Source: Bacillota bacterium
Lineage (GTDB): Bacteria; Bacillota; DTU025
Assembly: GCA_050951805.1 (NCBI GenBank)
Contig: JBMNJT010000002.1
Coordinates: forward strand, 1,492,905 to 1,556,904
Reading direction: 5' to 3'
DNA: 64,000 bases
A program made the translations under genes and the position numbers. The notes beneath the pieces were generated by a model. That model saw only the letters and a list, made by a program, of their open reading frames with translations. It was not told the DNA's origin and did no database searches. Below are positions 1 through 9,925 of this stretch, in pieces. Position 1 is the first letter of the stretch. Every line of letters begins with the position of its first letter.

Positions 1-250
1 CTTCGCCTGCCGCGCCAGTCATCTTGCTGCCGCCACCACGGGCGCCGTTCTTTGCGCGGAGATGCTTCCGGTAACGAAAGTCCGTCAGCGTCGTCAAAGC
101 CTTGTCCGCCTCCGCGATGACGCTTCCGCCATTGCCACCGTCTCCCCCTGAAGGGCCGCCCCGCGGAACATACTTTTCCCGCCTGAATGCGACCTCGCCG
201 TGGCCACCATCTCCGCCACGAACGCATATTTCGACTAAATCAACAAACAT
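1..250 (-). CDS. obgE: GTPase ObgE, N-terminal part (runs off window start)
   Basis: Manual translation from ATG at 250: [44 protein letters not shown]...TLTDFRY, the Obg glycine-rich N-terminal signature; AAGGAG RBS upstream. Not in the ORF track. Confidence 0.95.
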   Translation of the reverse strand, partial: MFVDLVEICVRGGDGGHGEVAFRREKYVPRGGPSGGDGGNGGSVIAEADKALTTLTDFRYRKHLRAKNGARGGGSKMTGAAGE

Positions 251-490
251 GTCAACTGCTCTCCTTGCCCGCACGCCCCTACATATTCGGAGGAACTGTG
301 AACCGAAAAGCCACAGCCCCTGCAATCAACCTCCAGGCTGGCCTCGCCTGACCAAACACGATCCAGGCCCATACGTTACTTCGCGGGCTCCAATACGCGC
401 TCGCCTACGATCAACCGACCATCGAAGAGTTTGAGGAGGTCGGACGACGTCTGCCCGATTACACTGATCGCCTGCAACGCGCGTCTTCTA

Positions 491-516
491 ATTCTACATC
501 GCTGCATAGTCTTCCT
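491..516 (-). promoter_or_regulatory. SigH-type promoter upstream of obgE
   Basis: Minus strand gaAGGA-N18-GAATt. Confidence 0.55.
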
Positions 517-662
517 TCAATGCAGCGCATCTATGGCAGATGCCTGACCCTGGTTTGCCAGTCTGCGCGCACCGCGCAAACATGCGTCCGACTGCCAATC
601 CACCCCAACCCGCGCGGGGGACACGCATACCAGCAACGTTGTCTCCGCTGTCAGCGACGTTG

Positions 663-1430
663 TTAGCCCCAAAAACTATCAGTGTCAACGTTTGCCGTAT
701 CCACATCTACGTTCAAGTCAACGGCCTCAAGCCTTCGCTCCCGGGACAGCCTGCTCATTTCGACCGCAAAAGCTGCGTAATTCAGGGACCAATGCGCTAT
801 CCACGGGTATGCCAAGCCGCCACTTTCCACCGTGATCCACCCTAAGGCAAGGCCCACAGTGATGGGCATGAGGAGTGCGTACGAGGTAATGCTGTTAGGA
901 GCTTCCACTAAAGCCATTGGAATCCCATGAACCAGTCCGAACAAAACCGCCTGCACAACTAGGCCATTTGAAAGGCTGCTCCGTTTCGATATGGTGCGGA
1001 GCAGAAAGCCCCTGAACACGATCTCTTCAAGAAGAGCGCCCGAGGCTATAAAGGGAACCGCAAGAACGAGAGCAGTCCATTTTGGCATGCCGGAGAGAGC
1101 AAGGTACGCCCCTCCCGGGTTGATGCCAGCACCCTTCATCCATTCGCCGTGCGATTGCCGGAGCCTAGCATGTGCCCACAGATTTGCCAAGCCTGCCACC
1201 ACAACAATCAGCCCGGTGTAAACCGCCATTTCCCAACTTGCCATGCCCTCCACTATTCGTAAAGAGTTGGCCGGATCCTCTCTTCGCACGATCCAGACCC
1301 CTGCGAAGATAGTCAGAAGCAGGATGTCTCCCAGATCGACTCCTGGTTGTCCACGTTCATGAAGTTTTTGCGCATATGCCCTTACAGCTACCGAGATGCC
1401 TACGATGATGTAACAAATGACTGAGCTCAT
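663..1430 (-). CDS. CPBP (CAAX/Abi) family intramembrane metalloprotease
   Basis: EEIVFRGFLL, FGLVH and AHWSLN motifs; multiple hydrophobic segments; 4-bp overlap with upstream rSAM gene. Confidence 0.9.
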   Translation of the reverse strand: MSSVICYIIVGISVAVRAYAQKLHERGQPGVDLGDILLLTIFAGVWIVRREDPANSLRIVEGMASWEMAVYTGLIVVVAGLANLWAHARLRQSHGEWMKGAGINPGGAYLALSGMPKWTALVLAVPFIASGALLEEIVFRGFLLRTISKRSSLSNGLVVQAVLFGLVHGIPMALVEAPNSITSYALLMPITVGLALGWITVESGGLAYPWIAHWSLNYAAFAVEMSRLSRERRLEAVDLNVDVDTANVDTDSFWG

Positions 1431-2890
1431 AGCATGGCAACCTCTGACAGAGCTCGCAGCAGATTAGACGACGTCGTACGGGAATCATCCCACGTCCATA
1501 GAATGCTGGATATAAAGATTCTATATGCTTCACACATCGGATCACGCCCGTACAGACTTCCGCTCGCTGCATACGCGGCAGCCCTGCAGCCCCCTCCGCA
1601 CAAGTAGCGAACATCGCATTCGACGCAACCTTCTATTCGATCAACCCCAGGAACGTCCCAGAAAAGCTCCTTCAGATCCCCACGGCCGCAAGCGTGAGCC
1701 TCCTCAACTCTTTTCAGTGTAGGCCGCCGAGGCGGCTCAGAAATGTCGTAAAGAGTAGCCGCAAACTCTGGAATCATCAGAAGATGGCATGGGTATGCAT
1801 TGCCTGCCCCCGAGAGTGCAAAAACCTTCGACCCCGCCCCACACCCTTCTCTCGGGACTAGCCCCACTACATCTTCGAACGACGAATCCTCCGGCAAAGC
1901 ATTCCTGTGGCACGCCCTCAGAAGATAGCGCAACATCGCCTCCGCAAGATCCTTCGGACACTTCCTGCGTCCTTTTAGCCGTGAACATGCTCCTCGACCA
2001 ACCTCCTGAAAAAGGCTGGCATGGAATGTCGCTCCATGCTTCGATGCAAGCTCAATCATGTCGTCTGGATTGAATGTCGCTGGGTCAACAATGGTTGACA
2101 CAAGCTCAACGTGCTCTGTACCGGCACGCACGAGCCTCTCGATGCCCCTAATCGCCGCCTTGAAGCTTCCTTCGCCCCTGATCATATCGTGTGCAGCCTC
2201 ATCCCCTGAATCTATGCTCACCTGGACACAGACCCCCAGAGAGGCTATTGCTTCAGCCATTTCCTGCGTTATCAGTGTAGCATTGGTAGCTAAAATCACC
2301 TTGGGAGCATTGAATGTTGCCTCCTCGAGCAATACAGGAAGATCTGCCCTGAGAGTAGGTTCACCCCCAGTGATCATCAGCTCCGCCGGACGAAACATCC
2401 CTGCCTCTCGTATTGTCCAAAGCACTGACTCAGTTGGGGCGTCGTTTTCGAAAGCATGTCTGTAGCATGTCTCACAGTATAGATTGCACCTGTCCGTAAC
2501 GGAAACATATATCCTAGCAGGCGCGGCACAAACCTGAGCGGCCCTTTTTTCTGCCGCCGCTACGTCCGATTTTCCGCCTCCATTCCAGGGCCCGTAGACG
2601 AGCAATCCTCGGGCTTCCAAGTCGCGCATCAACCCCAATAAGCCATCTAGCGTCTCCTTTCCGTAAGCCGGCCCTACAGAATCAGTTATTCCTTGAATAT
2701 CGACTCCGAGGAACCTCTCGCACATCACGCCTGCATAACGGCTGACCTTCACCCAAGTTCCGAGCGTCGGATTGAGAATGAGACAAGCTTCATCTGCATG
2801 AATCATCCGTGCATCCGGCGCTAGAGAGTATCCCAACAATTCGGAGTTCATCAGCGAAAAGGCGGTTGCGCCCCGCCAACATCGGGCCAC
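1427..2890 (-). CDS. Radical SAM/SPASM peptide maturase with probable N-terminal RRE (PqqD-like) domain
   Basis: CNLYCETC, TGGEP, CGAG...YPC and CVECDVRYLCGGGC...DPMC motifs; about 100-aa N-terminal extension ending LMRDLEARGLL. Confidence 0.9.
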   Translation of the reverse strand: MARCWRGATAFSLMNSELLGYSLAPDARMIHADEACLILNPTLGTWVKVSRYAGVMCERFLGVDIQGITDSVGPAYGKETLDGLLGLMRDLEARGLLVYGPWNGGGKSDVAAAEKRAAQVCAAPARIYVSVTDRCNLYCETCYRHAFENDAPTESVLWTIREAGMFRPAELMITGGEPTLRADLPVLLEEATFNAPKVILATNATLITQEMAEAIASLGVCVQVSIDSGDEAAHDMIRGEGSFKAAIRGIERLVRAGTEHVELVSTIVDPATFNPDDMIELASKHGATFHASLFQEVGRGACSRLKGRRKCPKDLAEAMLRYLLRACHRNALPEDSSFEDVVGLVPREGCGAGSKVFALSGAGNAYPCHLLMIPEFAATLYDISEPPRRPTLKRVEEAHACGRGDLKELFWDVPGVDRIEGCVECDVRYLCGGGCRAAAYAASGSLYGRDPMCEAYRIFISSILWTWDDSRTTSSNLLRALSEVAML

Positions 2891-2938
2891 ATCGCCGCCC
2901 TACTCCTCCCTTCAAAGCCACAGCGCGCGCACATAGGC

Positions 2939-2970
2939 GCGGGAACCAATCTCTTGTGATTGGCCCCCGC
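2939..2970 (-). other. Intergenic stem-loop between peptide gene and maturase
   Basis: GCGGGGGCCAATC-ACAAGA-GATTGGTTCCCGC; no U-tract. Confidence 0.6.
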
Positions 2971-3033
2971 TGGCACAGTTGGAGCTACGCCCGCTAATGG
3001 ATGATGGTGACTAGTAGTCTGGGGAAACGAAGA

Positions 3034-3135
3034 TCATCCAATGGTGAGCATCACGCCCCAAAGCGGAAACGAAAAGCAGAAGCTGTTGACAGAGACATTC
3101 AACCTATGCTTACGACCTGCCTGAATGCGAAACAT
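3034..3135 (-). CDS. Putative RiPP precursor peptide, 33 aa: MFRIQAGRKHRLNVSVNSFCFSFPLWGVMLTIG
   Basis: Strong RBS AGGGAGGTGA (3141-3150) just upstream of ATG 3135; sits directly before the rSAM gene; equals the 3' part of ORF-track 3034..3297. Confidence 0.7.
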   Translation of the reverse strand: MFRIQAGRKHRLNVSVNSFCFSFPLWGVMLTIG

Positions 3136-3203
3136 CCATTTCACCTCCCTCGATGCTACAATCGGGTAGATGGCGACCACGCCACGGCGCCGCTTGCACC
3201 CAC

Positions 3204-3249
3204 ATAGTACCATCGCAGGGAGCTTAAGGGTATTGCCCGAAAGGATGAT
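3204..3249 (-). promoter_or_regulatory. Activator-dependent promoter for the peptide gene with imperfect palindrome (candidate LuxR box)
   Basis: Extended -10 TGgTACTAT (hexamer 3204-3209), poor -35 (TACCCT), ATCATCCTTTCGGGCAAT at 3232-3249 centred near -43. Confidence 0.5.
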
Positions 3250-3250
3250 T

Positions 3251-3769
3251 TTACGGGCTAGGAGGAGGTGACCAGCTGTCCAACAATCCGGCAGCAACCG
3301 CCAGCCTGACTGCCGACCCCCGGGTGTGCACTCCCAGTTTTTGATATATCGAACGAATGTGAGTTTTGACGGTATTTATCGAGATGAACATCTCCTCAGC
3401 TATTGCCCTATTGGTCTTGCCCTGAGCAAGAAGGTTCATCACTTCAGTTTCGGTAGGGGTTAACCTCGGAAATTCTCGCTCCTCAATGGACGAAAGCTCG
3501 ACATCATACTCTGCTAAAGCAATATCAATTCCTTCGTCGGATGGCTCAGCCCCAAATTCCTCCCCCCTCGCTAGAGGATATACGCACAGCAGGAACATCC
3601 CTGCCGCATCTGCAAACGCAGGAAGCCTGCCCCGCATCAATACTGGGCTGCGCAAGGCGGCGGCATGAGTCTCTCTGCAGTGCAATCCCGAATTCTCAAA
3701 TGGTCCAGACGGTTCAAACTCCAAAGGCCCAACTTCACCACGAACCGAACGTCCCCCTGAGCTCGACAT
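3251..3769 (-). CDS. LuxR/GerE-family HTH regulator without receiver domain
   Basis: LTPTETEVMNLLAQGKTNRAIAEEMFISINTVKTHIRSIYQKLGV; AAGGAGG RBS. Confidence 0.9.
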   Translation of the reverse strand: MSSSGGRSVRGEVGPLEFEPSGPFENSGLHCRETHAAALRSPVLMRGRLPAFADAAGMFLLCVYPLARGEEFGAEPSDEGIDIALAEYDVELSSIEEREFPRLTPTETEVMNLLAQGKTNRAIAEEMFISINTVKTHIRSIYQKLGVHTRGSAVRLAVAAGLLDSWSPPPSP

Positions 3770-3856
3770 GGAAAATCCCCCCTCCTTATGAATTTCCGTC
3801 GCCTAGAAAGCAATCCAAGAAGAATCGTGCCCCTTATGACAACAATCACCATAAAG

Positions 3857-3885
3857 AGTATAGCATCCCATGCGTTACCAGTCAA
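3857..3885 (-). promoter_or_regulatory. SigA promoter for the LuxR-family gene
   Basis: TTGACT-17 nt-TATACT with extended TG. Confidence 0.7.
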
Positions 3886-4489
3886 ACATTCCCTAATCTA
3901 GGCTCTGTTACCTGCTTTCGATGGACTTCGATGTATTCCTCAGTCGAACGTATTATCTTGTGGAAAGCCTCATACTGATTAGGATAGACGTCCAGTCCAA
4001 CGATTTCGAGGCCTCCGCTACTCGTCCCCGTCCATTGGCGTGCAGAAGCTCCGCCTTGTAGCTCCGGCTACATCGCCCCGGCGGGTGGACCACCTGATTA
4101 AGTGCCGACAGGAATAACATGCCGTAGCGCCTGGCCAAGAGATCATAACCGACCTCTGAGCCAGGCACAAGGGAATGCGTAGTAAGTGATCATGTCTTTT
4201 ACACGGTTCTCGGCATCTGGTTTCGGCACATGAACCCCAGCGGGTTTCGAAGACCAGACATGTATCGCGCGAAAGTCAACAGAAGTCCATCCGGCCCCTC
4301 AGATGAGTTTCGCCTAAAAGCCGCCATATCCATATCTCCCCCACAGCGTCACAAACCTGCTACTTACACAGGTTACGTGGAAACCCCGCTACTGCGTAGG
4401 GTCGGGGAGCACCCTATAAACAGGCTAGCTTGAAGCCGTCCTCGTCCTTCCTACGTGGAATTACTTCTCATTGGCAGGCCAAAACTTCA

Positions 4490-4800
4490 AAAACCTGTCA
4501 GCGAATACTGTGGCTGCAGAAGATAGAGGTCGCATTCATCCTGGAAGAGCACGTGATTTCCAGCCGCTGGTGAACTCAGGGCCTCCGTGATTGCGTCCAT
4601 TTTGGCCATCGCCTGCAGATCATATACTCGTTTTGACGCATGCGGTGGGCGACTATGCCGATATCCAAGAGATTTCAGTAGGTTATACATCATGGCTAAA
4701 CTGATTTCGACGCCATGTTTTCATAGACACTGAACATCCGCGCTATCTTGGTAATGCACCAGCCCAGGCTCGAAATCAAAACCATCTGGGCACTCAGTGA
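4490..4800 (-). pseudogene. IS630-family transposase remnant
   Basis: Fragments AQMVLISSLGWCITKIARMFSV (N-terminal HTH), HGVEISLAMMYNLLKSLGYRHSRP (winged HTH) and VLFQDE (first DDE Asp); frameshifted and truncated. Confidence 0.7.
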
Positions 4801-5319
4801 TACTTCTTCTGCGCATGGCCCAAAACATTGAAACCTCGCACTTGCCAAATTCTCTTGCAAATCGCATTTACACTGTGCTTCCTGTCACCATATAGGCGCT
4901 TTCAGGCATTACAGAGCACAGTCAAAAACCACGCAGGACAGGCGGTGATAGATGTCGGCATACAACGGGTGCTAAAGGCCTTTCAGACTATCCGATGAAG
5001 TAGCTTGGCCGAGCATCTCTGGTTCTTGTAGCAACACCCTTAACATTGATTAAAAAAGACAGGGAAACATCCCCTGCCTACTCGTATTCCGGCAAGGACA
5101 GTTGGATGGGAAACCCTTGCAAAGTCAGTTCCCATCAACCCCCTGCTTTTCTTCATATCCCTTCGTCTTCCCACAGCATCCTAGACTGACGCGCACCACG
5201 GCCTGAGATACCCACCCGAGGCAAACCCTTCATGCCTAGTCTAGGCGCGAAGGCCTCACCGGGGTGTAGCTTCGTTCTATCGACACAGACCGCGTTCTGG
5301 CATGATCGTTCAAAGGAGC

Positions 5320-6657
5320 TCAGACCTTCTTCCAAAGCTCCCTCGCAAGCTTCCTCGACTTTGCAGCAATCTCCCTCTCATCAATGGCAACAAGTTCACG
5401 GTGGCGCATCAAGAACCTGCCGTTAACCATTGTACTGTCAACCATACCTCCTGTAACTCCCATTGTTACATGGCTCCGCCAATTGTTATCGTCAATAGGC
5501 GTAGGTGCCCAGTAGTCCACGATTATCAAATCGGCGTAGGCGCCAGGCTTCAGCGTGCCAAGTGGAACATCCCATTGCTTCGCCAGTATTGCCGAATTGT
5601 TACGAAAGGCCATGAGTGGCGCCTCGATCCAGCCTACCTGGGGATCGGCTTCCTTGTGCTTTAGCAGAAGATCGGCCGCTTTGAGGCTTTCGAACATACC
5701 GCAAGAACAACCGTCTGTCCCCAATCCCACTCTGACTCCGCGTGAAATCATCTCCAGAATAGGAGCATCTCCCACAGCATTACCCATATTGGACTCAGGG
5801 CAGTGAACGACGCTCACATCTCGTTCCCTTAGTATTTCGATCTCCTCGGAATTGATATGGACACAATGGACCGCCAATGAGCGGTCATTCCATACGCCAA
5901 GGTCATCCAAGCGCTTCACAACAGGTTTGCCATATCTCCTTATGCTTCGTATCAGGTCTTCAATACCCTCCGCAGTATGTATATGAAAGCCTGCCTCAAC
6001 TGCTCCTGGCGCCTCCACACACTTTCTGATGGTCTCATTGGAAAGTGTGAGTGAACCTTGAAACCCAAAATTAGCCCGAATAAGCGGAGATTTCATCCTC
6101 TTGCACCGCTCTATGAACCTGACATTCTCCCTTATGCCCTCATCCGCCGCATCCGGGCCATCAAAGTCGGATACTTCATACGAAAGCGATGCCCTAATTC
6201 CGACCCGGGCTACAGCATCAGCTATTGCGTCGAGGGAACCAAAAGCCGCGTTGGGGCTATGGTGGTGATCGAAGACGGTAGTAATTCCATTGCGCACACA
6301 CCAGATAAGAGACATCATTGCGCTTGTCCATATATCCTCTTCCGTCAGCTTTCTATCAAGTCGCCACCAAGACCCCTCCAAAACCTTAGAAAGAACCTTT
6401 GCAGGGGGCCCATCAGGCTGCATTCCCCGAGCAAACACTCTGCATAGATGCGTGTGCGCACACATCATCCCAGGCATTATCAACCTGCCTCCCACATCCT
6501 CAAAACCAGCCTCCGGATACTTCCGGCGCAACTCTTCCGTTCGTCCTACATCCGCTATGATCTCGCCGGATATCGCAACACCCCCGCCCTCTATCACCCG
6601 TGCAGGGTATCCGCAGTCCACCACAACTCCATTTCCTAAGATCAAGTCCGCCCCCAT
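5320..6657 (-). CDS. ssnA: SsnA-like metal-dependent amidohydrolase (chlorohydrolase/aminohydrolase)
   Basis: MPGMMCAHTHL, GITTVFDHH, FHIHTAEG, VHCPESNMGNAVG, GLGTDG motifs. Confidence 0.8.
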   Translation of the reverse strand: MGADLILGNGVVVDCGYPARVIEGGGVAISGEIIADVGRTEELRRKYPEAGFEDVGGRLIMPGMMCAHTHLCRVFARGMQPDGPPAKVLSKVLEGSWWRLDRKLTEEDIWTSAMMSLIWCVRNGITTVFDHHHSPNAAFGSLDAIADAVARVGIRASLSYEVSDFDGPDAADEGIRENVRFIERCKRMKSPLIRANFGFQGSLTLSNETIRKCVEAPGAVEAGFHIHTAEGIEDLIRSIRRYGKPVVKRLDDLGVWNDRSLAVHCVHINSEEIEILRERDVSVVHCPESNMGNAVGDAPILEMISRGVRVGLGTDGCSCGMFESLKAADLLLKHKEADPQVGWIEAPLMAFRNNSAILAKQWDVPLGTLKPGAYADLIIVDYWAPTPIDDNNWRSHVTMGVTGGMVDSTMVNGRFLMRHRELVAIDEREIAAKSRKLARELWKKV

Positions 6658-6899
6658 CGTCCTGACCTCCTACTGCCACTGGTTCTATGGCCTCTATTGT
6701 CTGTCCACGCCCCATACACCTGCATAGGCCCATGCAATTTCTTGACTTCTTTCGTCCTTTGTGGGATGGGAGTTCCATTCCGACCAGTCCTACATTGATA
6801 TTGGCATTACCAGAATGCAAGGCGCATACAGCAACCAAACCGTTTTTTGCCGATATTGCTAAAGTGGGCTAGGAGCGTTGTGGATTGCGCTAGATGTCC

Positions 6900-7300
6900 C
6901 CTTCTTCGCTGCAACTTCTGTGCCGGCGTCATCCCTCCCAAGGCAAAGCTTGTTAGACGTACAGAAGCCCCTGCAGCACTGTGGATTTCTGGGAAACCGT
7001 ACAAAAACGAAGTTTTCTTCTCCAAGTAACTTCTGATCAATCTCTGAACTGCCCTGCATTCCTGTCCATGCTTGCTATCACTCATTTAGCCTATCATTCC
7101 AGCGTTGTGCCGATTTTCTGGCCGACCCTTGTCGAAAAACTCGCCATGTCCTCAAAAAGCATGTCCAAAAGCAGCCATGATAGGAACCGCCTCGCTCATC
7201 GACAGACCATGGGCACATGCTTGCATTCACAGGCGAAAGCTGCCGTCTACAGCATGCCCTCTTCCAATTGCAGGCCCCGAATTTCGGTCCTAAGCGTGGT
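6900..7300 (-). pseudogene. Possible decayed IS481-like transposase fragment
   Basis: AVQRLIRSYLE and FALGGMTPAQKL resemble the integrase-core C-terminus (VERxxRT..., HxxLGGxTP); heavily frameshifted. Confidence 0.3.
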
Positions 7301-7519
7301 GGTCAACATATGAACTTTTAGATTGCCAAACAGAAGACTTGTCTGGAAAGCACTCACATACTTCTTCTAAGATACTCAGACCCAAAAACACTGAGAGCGA
7401 TGCTACCGCATCGCTTCCCGTTCGCATTTGCATTCCGAAGTCACATATTCGAACATCGGCTCGTCGTTCTTTGATCTCCTCCGTCCCGACCACAACAAAC
7501 GCGAACCCTTAGCAATCCC

Positions 7520-9925
7520 TCATATCGTCAAAACTTCACATGATTTTGGTATCTGCTCTGCGAACTCCAATCCGTCCAATACTAATATTACCTGCCTTGT
7601 TCGTCCAAGTTTCTCCAGAGCGGGCCAAACAAGGGTTAACCCTTGGTATGCCGACTTGTGCCCTACCCGTCCGCCTTTACCCTTAGAAGAATAGTCAATT
7701 ATCAAAGGGAGAGCGCCTCTTCCGTATAGAACCTCGCTGGCGCCAAGCCGAACAGCGAGAACAGCCACAGGAATCAACGACTCCGAGTCAGCTGCCCTCG
7801 GGAAAGAGCATCTGACGCAGTCTTCCTCAACCGCACAAGAGATTTCTGCCGTAGGCTCGCCCGTAAAAAATGCCATGATATCCGAGGCAACCTCCGCTAA
7901 TCTTGCCCCAGCTTGCGCCCGTTTTTCTTCGATCATCTCCTCAATGGCTGCCTGTGCTAAGCTAGCCGCGAGCCCCTCACGCCTAGCACGTTCCAATTCC
8001 GAGGCGGCTCGCGCTGCCTCACTCGATACCTCCCAAATGTCTACACCTGCCAACGCATGTTCTGTATCTGCAAGTTCCAAAGACTTTTGCTCCAGTTCGA
8101 GAGCCAACCGCTCCCGCTCGTCTGCCTTTATCGCGTATTCCTCGCTCAGCTCCCAGATCTTTTCCTCGATCCTGCGATCGGCAATGGCTGCGCGCTGAGC
8201 CTCTGCAGAAGCAATCTCTTCAAGCACGATCTCGATGTCACGCTCTATACTTTCCCGAGAGCGCCCGCCCAGTGCAGCCTCTAGCCTGTCGGCAGCCTCT
8301 CTGTAGGATGCTTCAACCCTTCGATAGTCCTCGTATGCCTCAAGATACATCGAAGGAGAAGAAAAACCAGACACCTTCATCAACTCGCCCATGCGCTCCT
8401 TAGCCCGCCATGTCCTGACCCGATTCAAGTCCGCCTCGTTCCTCAATCGAGCAAGTTCACCTGACAGAGTTTTGATCTCCTCCAGCAGACACTCTTTTTT
8501 CTCCTTAAGCCACTCCATCTTCTCCACGGCCAGCGCATAGTCGTTTATGGACATGTCGTGCAGCAACGAATCGAGTCTCCTTCTGTGCCATGCCACCTGG
8601 CTCGAAAGATTGGCCCGATCGTGCTCCAGTCTCACCTTTGCACCATGTTTGGCATCCAGCTCTATCCCCGTCGAAACCCCATAGACCGTGCACATCAAGC
8701 CAGTGGAAAGCAGCAAAATCAGGACTCCCATCAGCGGCTCAGACAAGCTCATCCACGGAAAGATATTCTCTGGAAGGAGAAGCCCAGTGAGAGACGTGAC
8801 GGTCAAGAGTGCCCCTCCCACAGAAAGGCCATCGGCGAGTCTCTTGCGCCCAAGGACCTTGTCAACCTCTGCAATTCGTTGCGACAGACTTGCAAGACGA
8901 GTCTCCCTGTCTTCGATCTCTTTCAAGGAAGATTGCGCATGCTCCAGCGTCCTGCGGGACAATCCTCTTTGTTCCAGCTCCTCGAGGTCTTTGCTCGCCA
9001 GGGCAAGCTCCATTCTGAGCCCATTTATTGCAGACGTAATACCCGACTGTTCTGATTCGTACGATATCGCTGTCTTCTCCAGCTCAGACATTTCAGACAT
9101 CAGATTCCTTATCTCGCCCGCAACCTCAGGGTCAAAAGCCCCTTCCATACCAGAATACTTGAGCAACCTGTTTCTGGCCTTTTCCGCAGCTTTCTCCGTC
9201 ACCAACACGTCGGCGAGATTGATCCGCCATGATTCGAACTCCTGTTTCAAGAACCCCACATACTCCTCGATTTCATCGCATTCCACCTTGGTCCGTAGAG
9301 CCGCATCTATGGAGGATATCCTCGAATCAAGAAAGGATAACCTCTCAACAAGCCAAGCGATTCTGGCTCTCAGTTCCGCCCTTTTTATGCGCAGGTCCAC
9401 AACGCGCTCCACCTCGCGCCTGAGTTCAAAATAGGCATTTTCCGCTCCTGAATCGCTGCTTATTCCATCCAGAAGGGAAATAGCCCTCTCGTATCGCCTG
9501 CCATTATCGCCCATGAGCAATCTGACAGGCACCGTCCACGCCCCACACTCAGCCGTCCCATCATCGCTGCAAGCCAGATCGGTTTCGGAAAGGCCCATGG
9601 CTTCGGCAATGGGGACAGCAATCTCTGTGCCCATGCCTGTATCGAAATCCACAACCCTCACTGACGGTTGCGATAAAGAATCGCGCACAAGCATGACACG
9701 CCTGTGATTGTCATCGATGACTGTCACAGATATTCTGCCGCCCTTCTCGACACGCTTGGTCCGCGCCTCAATACCAACAACGCCCATAGATTCCAGAGCA
9801 CCGAGGAAGATCAGACGAATCTGAGGAGTACTGGCCAAAACTACTGAAAAGCCCTTAGCAAATTCCGCTTCAATCGTCGGGCCGCCTTTTCTCGCCGCAA
9901 CCAACAGCTTCTCGATCATCACCAC
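7520..9925 (-). CDS. YhaN/SbcC(Rad50)-like long coiled-coil protein with central TM hairpin; ATPase motifs degenerate
   Basis: Extended heptad coiled coil, two hydrophobic helices mid-protein, C-terminal LAVRLG...LPLIID...RQVILV; overlaps the Mre11-like gene; GTG 9925 follows GGAGG. Confidence 0.7.
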   Translation of the reverse strand: MVMIEKLLVAARKGGPTIEAEFAKGFSVVLASTPQIRLIFLGALESMGVVGIEARTKRVEKGGRISVTVIDDNHRRVMLVRDSLSQPSVRVVDFDTGMGTEIAVPIAEAMGLSETDLACSDDGTAECGAWTVPVRLLMGDNGRRYERAISLLDGISSDSGAENAYFELRREVERVVDLRIKRAELRARIAWLVERLSFLDSRISSIDAALRTKVECDEIEEYVGFLKQEFESWRINLADVLVTEKAAEKARNRLLKYSGMEGAFDPEVAGEIRNLMSEMSELEKTAISYESEQSGITSAINGLRMELALASKDLEELEQRGLSRRTLEHAQSSLKEIEDRETRLASLSQRIAEVDKVLGRKRLADGLSVGGALLTVTSLTGLLLPENIFPWMSLSEPLMGVLILLLSTGLMCTVYGVSTGIELDAKHGAKVRLEHDRANLSSQVAWHRRRLDSLLHDMSINDYALAVEKMEWLKEKKECLLEEIKTLSGELARLRNEADLNRVRTWRAKERMGELMKVSGFSSPSMYLEAYEDYRRVEASYREAADRLEAALGGRSRESIERDIEIVLEEIASAEAQRAAIADRRIEEKIWELSEEYAIKADERERLALELEQKSLELADTEHALAGVDIWEVSSEAARAASELERARREGLAASLAQAAIEEMIEEKRAQAGARLAEVASDIMAFFTGEPTAEISCAVEEDCVRCSFPRAADSESLIPVAVLAVRLGASEVLYGRGALPLIIDYSSKGKGGRVGHKSAYQGLTLVWPALEKLGRTRQVILVLDGLEFAEQIPKSCEVLTI

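Noticed and set aside
102-434. 110-aa Pro-rich plus-strand ORF
   Set aside because: Antisense shadow of the Gly-rich obgE N-terminus
3034-3297. 87-aa version of the peptide ORF
   Set aside because: Overlaps the luxR end and the predicted promoter; the strong RBS points to ATG 3135
3953-4433. Short ORFs possibly from another transposase
   Set aside because: No motif I can assign with confidence
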